From positions 186,001-250,000 of IMG/VR virus record IMGVR_UViG_3300043399_000877: a DNA stretch of 64,000 nt. One strand, 5' to 3'. A program made the position numbers and the translations under genes. The notes below the pieces were generated by a model. It saw only the letters and a program-made list of their open reading frames with translations, was not told where the DNA came from and searched no databases. This document shows, one piece after another, positions 1 to 7,879 of the stretch (within the stretch, counting starts at the first letter, position 1; the number at the start of each line of letters is the position of its first letter).

Positions 1-1128
1 GTCAGCAATACCGATTTCTCTAACAGTATCTATAGCGTTTTTACTTCGTTTAAAGTATACTTTACCATCGGTATTGTTTACAAAAAGTTCAGCTTTTTCA
101 AGTGTTGACGCAGGTGGTATGTACCCAATTAAATCGGTATTTTTTAATATTATAATACTATCTTGAATTCTGCCTTGTTCAAAGAGAGTATTTTTAATTC
201 TACTACCTGGTAGAACTTCTAAGTCACCAGTCACTGCCAATTCAGTTTTTAAATTTGTTATACCACCAACAGCGCCGATGTTGATTACTTGCCCAGCACC
301 AAATGCGTTTATTGTTGAAGAATTTGTGTTGAAAAGATTTACATTTGGTTTAGTTGTTTCGAGATCAGTTTTAAAGCTAACTTTATCTTCAAAAAATTCA
401 GTTGTCGTAGTTCCATCTATAGATATTTTAGCATAACTTGATGGATATCCTTCTTCTGTAGAAAAAACTTCAACTCGAGTATTGCCTTCTGGTACTGGCG
501 CAACTATTTTGTTTTGCCAGTTATACAAGTTATAAGCAGTTACATAATCGATCATACCTCGCACGTTTACAAGTGCGTCATCATCTTTAGGATCGGCTAA
601 GTTGTTTGGATTTTCGTCGTTAAATTCAATGTATCCAGTTTCTGAATCATAAACGAAAACTTGTTGCTCATAATCGGTTGTATTCTTAACAGTGACAATT
701 CCGGTACCGGATCCGACTAGATAAAGATCCTGATTGTCATCTGTTAAGATAGCTCTAGTATAAAGCGATGCTAGATCCTGATTTTCGTATGTTAAACTAA
801 ATGAACCAGTTCTTGTAGAATCTGAAACTGGATCGTACCAAGTTTTGGATTCATCAAAAAGTATTCTTGCTTTGGGTTCTGAACCACGATCTATTAATAC
901 ACCAGAAACACCAAGGGTTACGCCGGCACCGGTTTCGCCCTTGTTAATTACTATAACATTGTCGGTGATATCTAAATCTTGTGACTCAACACTGGTTGTC
1001 GTACCGTAAACAACCATGTTACCTTTAACGTATACTGTACCAGTATTGTCAGTATCTAGAGTAATATTACCCCCTGGATTAACTATTAACTGGTAGTCAT
1101 CTACGCCGTATAGATCAATTTTAGACAT
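1..1128 (-). CDS. Virion structural / tail-fibre-like protein, 3' end truncated by the window edge
   Basis: Not in the ORF track. I translated both ends by hand: ATG at 1128 (MSKIDLYGVDDYQLIVNPGGNITLDTDNTGTVYVKGNMVVYGTTTSVESQDLDITDNVIVINKGETGAGV...) and, in the same frame at base 1, ...AELFVNNTDGKVYFKRSKNAIDTVREIGIAD. The middle was not fully checked. GGAG lies upstream. The 'V.GTTT.V.S..L.I.DN.I.LN' and 'ELF.N..DGKVYFK' motifs are typical of phage fibre/shaft proteins. Confidence 0.75.
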   Translation of the reverse strand, partial: MSKIDLYGVDDYQLIVNPGGNITLDTDNTGTVYVKGNMVVYGTTTSVESQDLDITDNVIVINKGETGAGVTLGVSGVLIDRGSEPKARILFDESKTWYDPVSDSTRTGSFSLTYENQDLASLYTRAILTDDNQDLYLVGSGTGIVTVKNTTDYEQQVFVYDSETGYIEFNDENPNNLADPKDDDALVNVRGMIDYVTAYNLYNWQNKIVAPVPEGNTRVEVFSTEEGYPSSYAKISIDGTTTTEFFEDKVSFKTDLETTKPNVNLFNTNSSTINAFGAGQVINIGAVGGITNLKTELAVTGDLEVLPGSRIKNTLFEQGRIQDSIIILKNTDLIGYIPPASTLEKAELFVNNTDGKVYFKRSKNAIDTVREIGIAD

Positions 1129-1145
1129 CGAAGTTCTCCGTTAAA

Positions 1146-1535
1146 TTAGATAGCTGTTAGTACTATGTAATCGTTTGAAGAATCGTTTTCTAGATACCAT
1201 GTATAGCGATTACCACTAAAGTCTTTTGCAGTTCTCTTGTTGATTTTTGCTAGGTTTATTTCTGCACCGCTGTTAGATGCAACGTAACCAAACAGTCTCA
1301 TTTCTTTAGCAGCACTCGGTGCACCGTCTTTTAACACGCAAGTTATATATTTGGTGCTATCACCTATATCGCCAACACGGCAAACGCGAAATGTTTTTGC
1401 GCCACGTTGTTTTAAAATTACACCGTCTGTACGTAGTGCAGTTCCATCGTGAAACTCAACACGCACACCAGTATTGCTTGCAAAAGTACCGATTACGTCA
1501 GTACCAAACACATCTTTTCTTAGAGGTCGTCCCAT
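1146..1535 (-). CDS. Hypothetical phage protein (MGRPL... family), probably structural
   Basis: 129-aa ORF with an AAGGAG Shine-Dalgarno and an upstream GATAAATA late promoter; co-oriented with the structural gene downstream. Confidence 0.75.
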   Translation of the reverse strand: MGRPLRKDVFGTDVIGTFASNTGVRVEFHDGTALRTDGVILKQRGAKTFRVCRVGDIGDSTKYITCVLKDGAPSAAKEMRLFGYVASNSGAEINLAKINKRTAKDFSGNRYTWYLENDSSNDYIVLTAI

Positions 1536-1635
1536 TTATTTCTCCTTTTGACGTTCTAGGTCATACGCCGGGAAGCGTAAGTCCGTGAGGACATTTACAT
1601 GACATAGTATTTATCAAATGGAGGTAAGAATAAAA

Positions 1636-1660
1636 AAGCCCGTTTAACACGGGCTTATTT
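1636..1660 (-). terminator. Rho-independent terminator
   Basis: AAGCCCG-N7-CGGGCTT hairpin followed by a T-run on the minus strand, right at the stop of ORF 1655-1921. Confidence 0.8.
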
Positions 1661-1921
1661 TCCAGAAAGTGTAGCAATAAATTCGTGTTTAGAAAATGTT
1701 TTAAACTCTGATACAGCTTTGTTTAAAATATCCTCAGCTTCTTTCTTATATCTGGGATTTTTTGTTTGAGATTGTTTAACTAGCAGTGAGAAATATTCTT
1801 TTTTAAGACGTTCAAATCTTTTCTGAAAAATAACAATCTGTGGTGCGTAACCGGGATGGTTTTTACGCCATTGTTTTATCGTGCGTTCGTATTCGTCCCA
1901 GGATGCATCAATGTTTGTCAT
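1655..1921 (-). CDS. Hypothetical basic protein (88 aa), probably from a leaderless mRNA
   Basis: ORF has its own sigma70-type promoter, with the ATG 5 nt after the -10 box, and a terminator at its end. Confidence 0.75.
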   Translation of the reverse strand: MTNIDASWDEYERTIKQWRKNHPGYAPQIVIFQKRFERLKKEYFSLLVKQSQTKNPRYKKEAEDILNKAVSEFKTFSKHEFIATLSGK

Positions 1922-1926
1922 GCTAT

Positions 1927-1955
1927 AATATAAAAAAAATAGCTGTTGTTGTCAA
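1927..1955 (-). promoter_or_regulatory. Sigma70-type promoter TTGACA-N17-TATATT, overlapping a terminator hairpin
   Basis: Minus strand: TTGACA (1955-1950), 17-nt spacer, TATATT (1932-1927). Confidence 0.8.
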
Positions 1956-1964
1956 CAGCTATTT
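1932..1964 (-). terminator. Rho-independent terminator (12-bp stem)
   Basis: AAATAGCTGTTG-N4-CAACAGCTATTT followed by a T-run on the minus strand. Confidence 0.75.
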
Positions 1965-1998
1965 CAGTTATTTTACACAGAGAAGTTTTTATTTAGAC

Positions 1999-2261
1999 GG
2001 CGGGTGGAGTAGATTAACAGCTGAGCAAATTGCAAGGTGAACCAGCACCTGTATACAATCCACAATTCACAACCTACAACGATTTGCATAAATCCGGGTA
2101 GCAAAAGACAGTCAACTAAGTTGATAATATAAACCCAGAACACGCAAATTGAATCTTATTTGAATAAGAGTATGACGGTTTCCCATAAAAGGAAAAATAG
2201 CCTTAATCCCATTCTCCACCCAACCGGGTAGTTTCCCTGGATCTCTCCGGGGTATACTACC
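1999..2261 (-). ncRNA. Candidate structured RNA downstream of the DIP1984-like gene
   Basis: Long-range pairings 2002-2009/2214-2221 (GGGTGGAG/CTCCACCC) and 2011-2017/2203-2209; a GAGA-tetraloop hairpin at 2227-2261; small hairpins at 2112-2124 and 2154-2169; no credible ORF. Confidence 0.55.
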
Positions 2262-2264
2262 AAA

Positions 2265-2825
2265 TTAGATTAAGTTAAGATCTCGCAGCGTTTGTTCAGT
2301 CTTGCTGGTAACGCTTATCTCGGTCTTAACGTTAAGTTCAAGAAGTTGATCCTGCATTGCAACTTTGTTCTTCTTGTATGCAGCGAGAGCAACTTTGTAT
2401 TCAGCAATATCAGCTTCATCAAAGATGTTGCTGGCTACTGTTTCGTCACGGCCGTAATAGTCTTCAGTACGGCCCTTGATTTTGCCCAGCTTTCCGACAA
2501 GTACGTCGTTTGCTAAGGCAGGCTCAAGTTTTGCAAGGCGGTTGTAAAGAACAATGTCTTTTTCAAGTCTTGCAAGTCTGGCAAGCACTCCGTCGATTCC
2601 GCTTGCGCTGTTAGCAGCAGCAACTAGATCGCGAATCTCGTACAGAGCATCAAGCAGGTCGGAACGAACCTGCATATTCTGTTTCATTCTGGTCTTTGCA
2701 AAAGCAATCTTTTCAGAAGGCTTTTCAAATTCGTTCATCTTTACTTCCGTAGTCAAATCCAAAGCATTTACTGCTTCGTTAATCACGGCTTGTAGTGCAT
2801 TGGCTTTTCTTAAGGAAATCTTCAT
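2265..2825 (-). CDS. Coiled-coil protein resembling the DIP1984/DUF6847 family
   Basis: 186 aa, helical. It starts MKISLRKANALQ and ends ...MQDQLLELNVKTEI, compared with the family-like ending 'LD..IQELNW.TEL'. GAGG SD and its own promoter. Family assignment is by eye. Confidence 0.6.
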   Translation of the reverse strand: MKISLRKANALQAVINEAVNALDLTTEVKMNEFEKPSEKIAFAKTRMKQNMQVRSDLLDALYEIRDLVAAANSASGIDGVLARLARLEKDIVLYNRLAKLEPALANDVLVGKLGKIKGRTEDYYGRDETVASNIFDEADIAEYKVALAAYKKNKVAMQDQLLELNVKTEISVTSKTEQTLRDLNLI

Positions 2826-2852
2826 GTGTGCCTCTTCGTTTGTCTTAAGCTT

Positions 2853-2880
2853 AATATAGCATCAGCACAGGAATAGTCAA
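2853..2880 (-). promoter_or_regulatory. Sigma70-type promoter TTGACT-N16-TATATT with extended -10 (TGn)
   Basis: Minus strand: TTGACT (2880-2875) and TGC-TATATT (2861-2853), directly after the capsid terminator. Confidence 0.7.
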
Positions 2881-2881
2881 G

Positions 2882-2910
2882 AAAAAAATAGGGCCTAAAA
2901 GGCCCTATTT
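2882..2910 (-). terminator. Rho-independent terminator of the capsid operon
   Basis: AAATAGGGCC-N5-GGCCCTATTT stem followed by a T-run, about 20 nt after the gp23 stop. Confidence 0.85.
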
Positions 2911-2931
2911 CGTTATACTTTTTACAGTATA

Positions 2932-4119
2932 TTAGCTGAAGCTTAGGTTTGCAGTAGTGATAGCAACCTTGCCCAGATAGTCTGCTGCGTTACCAAGTGA
3001 CGAAGCAGTGTTAGTCAATTCGACATAACCATAGCGAGTCATGAAGCTCACGACTGGTTCCATGGTTGACGGATCAAGAACAACACCGCTGCTCATCAAT
3101 GGAATGTATGGGCAGTAGAATGCTGGTGCGTCGCTTTCGCTTGCGCCCTTGTAACCGATTAGTACGTCATCGCTAGTTGCATATGTGTTAACATATACTT
3201 TCATAGCGTTGTTTAGAGTACCAACAAACTTGGTGTTAGTTGGGGCTTCAAAAGTACCTTCAGTAGTGCGAGCAAAAGCTGAAGTAGTTGCGCTCTGTAG
3301 GATAGTTAGAGCAGTTGGCGAAACAACAGCCCAGTTACCAGCGCCACGACGTGTACGCTGAGCGATTAGGTTTGATACCTTGTTGATTTGAACAGCTAGA
3401 GCAGCGTGTTCGTCACCAACGAAAGTAGCAGTACCACTTACTGATGCTTGGTCGTAGGTTTCAGCAGCAGCACCGGCTAGGATGCTTAGGCTACCAAGGA
3501 TTTCCTGGTCGATTTCAGCAGTAATTTCTTGTGCAAGAGCAGCCATGATTTCTGCTTCGACGTCAATACCGTGTTGTGCTTGAGCGTCTTGAGCAGCCTC
3601 GAAGGTCCAGCGAGCGCTGAGCTTACGGCTCTTTGCTTCGACTGTTTGCTTCAAGATTTGGATGCTCATACGCTTACCGATCTGACCTTCAAGAGCAGCA
3701 GTAGTGTTAGGACCACGGCTGTTGTAGGTAGCGGCATTACCAGCGCCTGAGTAGCCTTCAGCAATCTTGAATGGGCTTAGTGCTTCTTCACCAGCAGTGA
3801 TTCCAGTTCCGCTGCTTGCCATGCTGTCAGCATAGCGAACACGTAGAGTATGAATCTGTGCTACTGGGCCAGTCATTGGTTGAACACCAACAAGCTCGTT
3901 AGCGATAACTGTTGGCATCACACGGCGGATCACTGGAAGGATCACGCGGTTTAGGGTTGCGATATTACCGGCAGAAGTTGCACCAGCAGTTGCACTTTCA
4001 GCTAGGTACTTGCGAGTATTTTCTAGCGTGACAGACATAACTGCTTTCTTGTTGCCACCGAGGCCTTCAAGAAGTGCGTTTTTAGTCTCCTGCCAGCGAC
4101 TTTCTAATAGTTCTGACAT
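2932..4119 (-). CDS. gp23: T4-like major capsid protein
   Basis: Motifs RRVMPTVIANELVGVQPMTGP, KSRKLSARWTFEAAQDAQAQHGID.EAE, FYCPYIPL and MTRYG. Confidence 0.97.
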   Translation of the reverse strand: MSELLESRWQETKNALLEGLGGNKKAVMSVTLENTRKYLAESATAGATSAGNIATLNRVILPVIRRVMPTVIANELVGVQPMTGPVAQIHTLRVRYADSMASSGTGITAGEEALSPFKIAEGYSGAGNAATYNSRGPNTTAALEGQIGKRMSIQILKQTVEAKSRKLSARWTFEAAQDAQAQHGIDVEAEIMAALAQEITAEIDQEILGSLSILAGAAAETYDQASVSGTATFVGDEHAALAVQINKVSNLIAQRTRRGAGNWAVVSPTALTILQSATTSAFARTTEGTFEAPTNTKFVGTLNNAMKVYVNTYATSDDVLIGYKGASESDAPAFYCPYIPLMSSGVVLDPSTMEPVVSFMTRYGYVELTNTASSLGNAADYLGKVAITTANLSFS

Positions 4120-4133
4120 TTTTTATAATCTCC

Positions 4134-5225
4134 TTAGTTTAATCCTGCTAGACGTTTGATGTCTATTACATTGGTGTCAGCTGTTGACTTTGTGTTGTTT
4201 TCTCTATTGCCTGTAATTTCTTTGCCTTCAGTTATAATTGCCTTAGTTTGCTTTGCTGGAGATTTACCGTCTATTACTGCCGGTAGGTACTTCTCAAATG
4301 CAGCCTGTAGTCTGTTGGTCTGTACACTTTCCAGTAAGTCTTTCATTATTTCTTTTTGATCCCGACCCAACGGAGCCAAAAGTTCGTTTAATTTCTTTTC
4401 TCTGCTAACTGATTCGACTAAACGCTTGTTTTCGGCGTCCTTTGATTCAGCCAACTGCTTTGCCTTGACGGCAAAAGCCTTTGCTTCTGAAAGTTGACGA
4501 TCTTTTATTTCGATAACTTTCAATAATTTTGATGCTTCACTTTTCTCATTCAAATGACTGCCCATGTATTCAGCAGCAAATGATTCAAATAGTCTACGTC
4601 CAAAATCATTTTTACGTGCTTGGTCGATATCTTCTTTTAGTTGAGAGATTTCTGACTTCAAGCCTTTTTCTACAGTTTCCGCAACTAGTGCAGCACTGCG
4701 TTTGATGAATTGCTCTTTAACACGAGCAACATGTGACTTAGCTTCACGAACAAGTCTTACCTTTGTTTCAGCCAAATCTTTTTTGTCTTCTTGGAACTCT
4801 GCGATTTCTTTTGCAAGTTGCTCTACAATAAAATCTTCAAGCAAGCCAAATTTAGTAGCCATTGCTTTTTGATCTTCATGTAGTTCTGTGATCTCTTTCT
4901 TGAGTGATTCCATCACGAATGACTTCATAAGATTGGAATTTTCTCTCATTGCAATAGCAAATCTTGCTCTTGCTTCTGCGAGACTCTTACGATCTTCATG
5001 GAGTTCAGCAAGTTCGCTAGCCAGTCTTTCTTCAAGCATGGTTGCTACTGATTCTGCCATAACACTCTTGTCGTGTTCGTACTTTTGTGCGAACTCTTCA
5101 CGAAGTTCAGCAGTTGCGGCAAGGCGATTTTCCTTGACCTTGGCTTGCCAAGCTTCTTCGATTTCACTACGCATTTGCTCTGTAATCACATTGTTTTCAA
5201 ATAGTGATTTTAGTGCGTCCAACAT
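4134..5225 (-). CDS. gp22: Prohead core scaffolding protein (gp22-like)
   Basis: Glu/Lys-rich coiled coil with many LxE sites, located between the protease and the major capsid gene as in T4-like phages. Confidence 0.8.
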   Translation of the reverse strand: MLDALKSLFENNVITEQMRSEIEEAWQAKVKENRLAATAELREEFAQKYEHDKSVMAESVATMLEERLASELAELHEDRKSLAEARARFAIAMRENSNLMKSFVMESLKKEITELHEDQKAMATKFGLLEDFIVEQLAKEIAEFQEDKKDLAETKVRLVREAKSHVARVKEQFIKRSAALVAETVEKGLKSEISQLKEDIDQARKNDFGRRLFESFAAEYMGSHLNEKSEASKLLKVIEIKDRQLSEAKAFAVKAKQLAESKDAENKRLVESVSREKKLNELLAPLGRDQKEIMKDLLESVQTNRLQAAFEKYLPAVIDGKSPAKQTKAIITEGKEITGNRENNTKSTADTNVIDIKRLAGLN

Positions 5226-5238
5226 TTCTTTCTCCTCG

Positions 5239-5865
5239 TTATTGGAGACCGCTGATGATTTTCATCAAGCTCTCTTTTAAGTATTTTTGTGCCTTTACGT
5301 CGCCTTGAACTTCTCTCGCAATATTCATTGCTCGATACCCGCCTCTTGAATTCATTAAATGTTCGTATATTGGAGTCGGATAGGCGCCGGGGGCGCTGGG
5401 TTGCGCCACCACGTCAACAGTAATGATTTCAAAATCACTCACATGTCCGTTGCCATCTTCCGAAACGTTACCACTACCCCGAGAGGAAACACCCAGTTTG
5501 ACTCCGCTTTCTAGCATTGTTTTTACCAAGTTCCCCATCGGGGTAGGAAGTATTTTTAACTTACCATAACCGTTTGCGCCATCCATCCACATTTCTGTAA
5601 TCATATGGCTTACACGATCTAAGTTTATGTTGAGACCATCCGGATGATCCACTTCTCCGAGAACACTATAACCACCGGTTATCTGCTCGTTGAGAGAGTT
5701 GACAGCCCTACTGATTTCGCTTACAGGATAAACTCGCTGATTGGCGTTTCGTACTCCACCTTGAATGCAAATACCTTTCATGTAAAGATTTTTGCCTTCG
5801 TCGACAGACTCAATTACCATTCTAGCTTGGTCATAACTGAGATGCTCTCGTAAATAGTTCATCAT
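5239..5865 (-). CDS. gp21: Prohead maturation protease
   Basis: Motifs N.NQRVYP, LGEVDHP, RVSHMIT, GVSSRGSG and DVVAQPSAP.AY. Confidence 0.95.
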   Translation of the reverse strand: MMNYLREHLSYDQARMVIESVDEGKNLYMKGICIQGGVRNANQRVYPVSEISRAVNSLNEQITGGYSVLGEVDHPDGLNINLDRVSHMITEMWMDGANGYGKLKILPTPMGNLVKTMLESGVKLGVSSRGSGNVSEDGNGHVSDFEIITVDVVAQPSAPGAYPTPIYEHLMNSRGGYRAMNIAREVQGDVKAQKYLKESLMKIISGLQ

Positions 5866-5882
5866 CCTGCCTCTTTATCTGC

Positions 5883-6917
5883 TTACTTTGCGCGACTTGA
5901 AAGCTTTGTTAGTGTGCTTACAGCGCCTTTGTCAGCAGTCTCACCTGCGCCTTTTTTCTCAGCGCCGTGGCCCTTTGGTTGTGATTTAAGGTGCTTTACG
6001 CCAGCTTTACCGCCAGGAACGTTTACGTTCTTGGTGTTCATGTCTTTTGCAGTGCCCTTAAACACTCCGTTACCTTGTAGTTGACCTTTGTTGGCTTCAA
6101 CACCCTTTTCAACATCAGTTCTTAGAATGTTTTGAGTAGTTCCGCCCATATCATTCTTTCCTGCAACTGCTGATTTAGTGTTTGCACCGTTGTCGCCCAT
6201 TTTGCCGTACTGATTGTAGTGTGATCCACCAATCTTTTCGACATATTCTCTCATCTCTTCTGCGCTAGACTTTTTTGTCTTTTTGTCGTCCTTCTTAGCG
6301 TCCTTCTTGGCTTCGAAAGCAAATGATTCTTTTTCTTCTTCGCCTTCTTCGTCTTCGCCTTCTTCGTCGCCGAAGTCCATTTCGCCTTCTTCGTCGCCTT
6401 CTTCGTCTTCGCCTTCTTCATCACCACCGAACATGTCGTCGTGCTCTGGTTCGTTTTCTTCACCTGCCATCAAACGATCAAATTCTGCTTTTAGATCTTC
6501 TAGTGCGTCTTCTAGGTCTTGGATTCTTGCATCGGTGTCGCCGCCCATACCGTCGTCATCACCTAGTTCGCCCATGTCGTCGTCGCCCATGCCGTCGTCA
6601 GCAGCAACATCACCCATCATATCATCGGTTGCATCGCCACCCATTGGGGCTTCCATTTCGTACTCATCTTCGAGGCCGAACATTTCTTCGAGTTCGTCGC
6701 CATCGTCTTCTTCAGCTTCATCAACAGCTTCATCATCTTCATCTTCTTCAGCTGCTTCATCAACTTCCTCGTCATCCTCATAATCGCTTTCGAGAATGTC
6801 TTGATAAATCTCACGTGACTTTTCCACGACAATCTCATGGAATAGTTCTTCTGCGCCGGCGCGGTCTTCATTAACCAAGCGCTCTAGCATTTCTTCAAAT
6901 TTACTACGATCAGTCAT
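5883..6917 (-). CDS. Highly acidic prohead core / scaffold-like protein
   Basis: Asp/Glu-rich N-terminal half and Lys/Gly-rich C-terminal half; lies between portal and protease; upstream TAAATA at 6951-6956. Confidence 0.75.
   Translation of the reverse strand: MTDRSKFEEMLERLVNEDRAGAEELFHEIVVEKSREIYQDILESDYEDDEEVDEAAEEDEDDEAVDEAEEDDGDELEEMFGLEDEYEMEAPMGGDATDDMMGDVAADDGMGDDDMGELGDDDGMGGDTDARIQDLEDALEDLKAEFDRLMAGEENEPEHDDMFGGDEEGEDEEGDEEGEMDFGDEEGEDEEGEEEKESFAFEAKKDAKKDDKKTKKSSAEEMREYVEKIGGSHYNQYGKMGDNGANTKSAVAGKNDMGGTTQNILRTDVEKGVEANKGQLQGNGVFKGTAKDMNTKNVNVPGGKAGVKHLKSQPKGHGAEKKGAGETADKGAVSTLTKLSSRAK
6338..6425 (-). repeat. Imperfect coding tandem repeat (DEEGE units)
   Basis: Repeated GAAGAAGGCGA(A/C)GAC encoding DEEGEDEEGDEEGE...DEEGEDEEGEEE. 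Confidence 0.8.
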
Positions 6918-7010
6918 TTTATATCTCCTGTATAGCTAAGGCTGTCAGTTTATTTACACATTATTTGAAAAAAGTGTTTAAAATACATTGAAAATGCAGG
7001 TTTTTGGATG

Positions 7011-7610
7011 CTAAATAGTTTCCAAATTAAACTTACTTATAAAGTCTTGTTTATTAATATGTGTTAAGTTGTTTAACCTGGTGAATTCCTCCGGAATAAA
7101 ACTATTTTTATCATCTATAACTCTATAATAATTTATACCAGAATTGTTTTTTATGCATGTTTCGGTCTGTCTTAACCAATTTTTATAATAAGTTGCTGGT
7201 TGATCTGGTTGTTTATAATTTTCAGTACCGGTATATATATTGTTTACAAACTCATGTGAATCACCAATTCCTAGATAATCAAAACCTAAAATAAAAATTT
7301 GATCATATTTTTTTGATGAGGCAAAGTGTAGTGCTGTTGGACCGCTACTCCAACCAAGACTTGGATTAAAAATGTTTAGATTTCTATCGTTTTTTGTATT
7401 TTGTGATGAGTTTGTCCATACTGGATTCTTTAAATGATATTGAGATTGTACGATCTCTAAAATCATTTTAGTATCGACTGCTATGAGGTAATCAGGCTCA
7501 AACTCACGATATACTGCATTGCATGCATATATTTTTCCAATTCGCCTCAGTGATTCAAGAACTATACCGGCCCTACTGGTACCGTTTCCGACCACCACTG
7601 CGGAATCCAA
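7011..7610 (-). CDS. Enzyme-like protein of MptE/DUF115 (sialyltransferase-like) type inside the head operon
   Basis: VVVGNGTSR, ACNAVYR, GWSSGPTAL and ILGFDY motifs. Confidence 0.55.
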   Translation of the reverse strand: MDSAVVVGNGTSRAGIVLESLRRIGKIYACNAVYREFEPDYLIAVDTKMILEIVQSQYHLKNPVWTNSSQNTKNDRNLNIFNPSLGWSSGPTALHFASSKKYDQIFILGFDYLGIGDSHEFVNNIYTGTENYKQPDQPATYYKNWLRQTETCIKNNSGINYYRVIDDKNSFIPEEFTRLNNLTHINKQDFISKFNLETI

Positions 7611-7612
7611 AA

Positions 7613-7879
7613 TTACAATCCTTCTTGTGGTTGTTGTGCTGCCAAGCCATACATAGCTTGTATTCTGGAAAGATCTTTTTGCTTTTCTTTGCGATGCATA
7701 TCATCTGCGCGGCGGGCGCGATTTATGTCACGCAATGTGAGACGAGTTTTTCTAGTGTCGTCAGATTGTACTACAGAGTCGTCATAATCGGGATCGTATC
7801 TACCATCCTCGACCGGCTCCATAGTTTCTTTATCTAAGTAATAAATCTCACGTAACTGCATAACTTTATTTATCATCAA
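7613..7879 (-). CDS. Small head-assembly-associated protein
   Basis: 88 aa, overlaps the portal stop (ATGA-type coupling); DTRKTRLTLRDINR motif. Confidence 0.7.
   Translation of the reverse strand: MMINKVMQLREIYYLDKETMEPVEDGRYDPDYDDSVVQSDDTRKTRLTLRDINRARRADDMHRKEKQKDLSRIQAMYGLAAQQPQEGL

Noticed and set aside
6251-6874. Several long overlapping ORFs (6251-6463, 6283-6783, 6323-6874, 6617-6871), Ser-, Arg- or Lys-rich
   Set aside because: They are alternative-frame or antisense shadows of the GAA/GAC-rich acidic gene, which naturally lacks stops in other frames.
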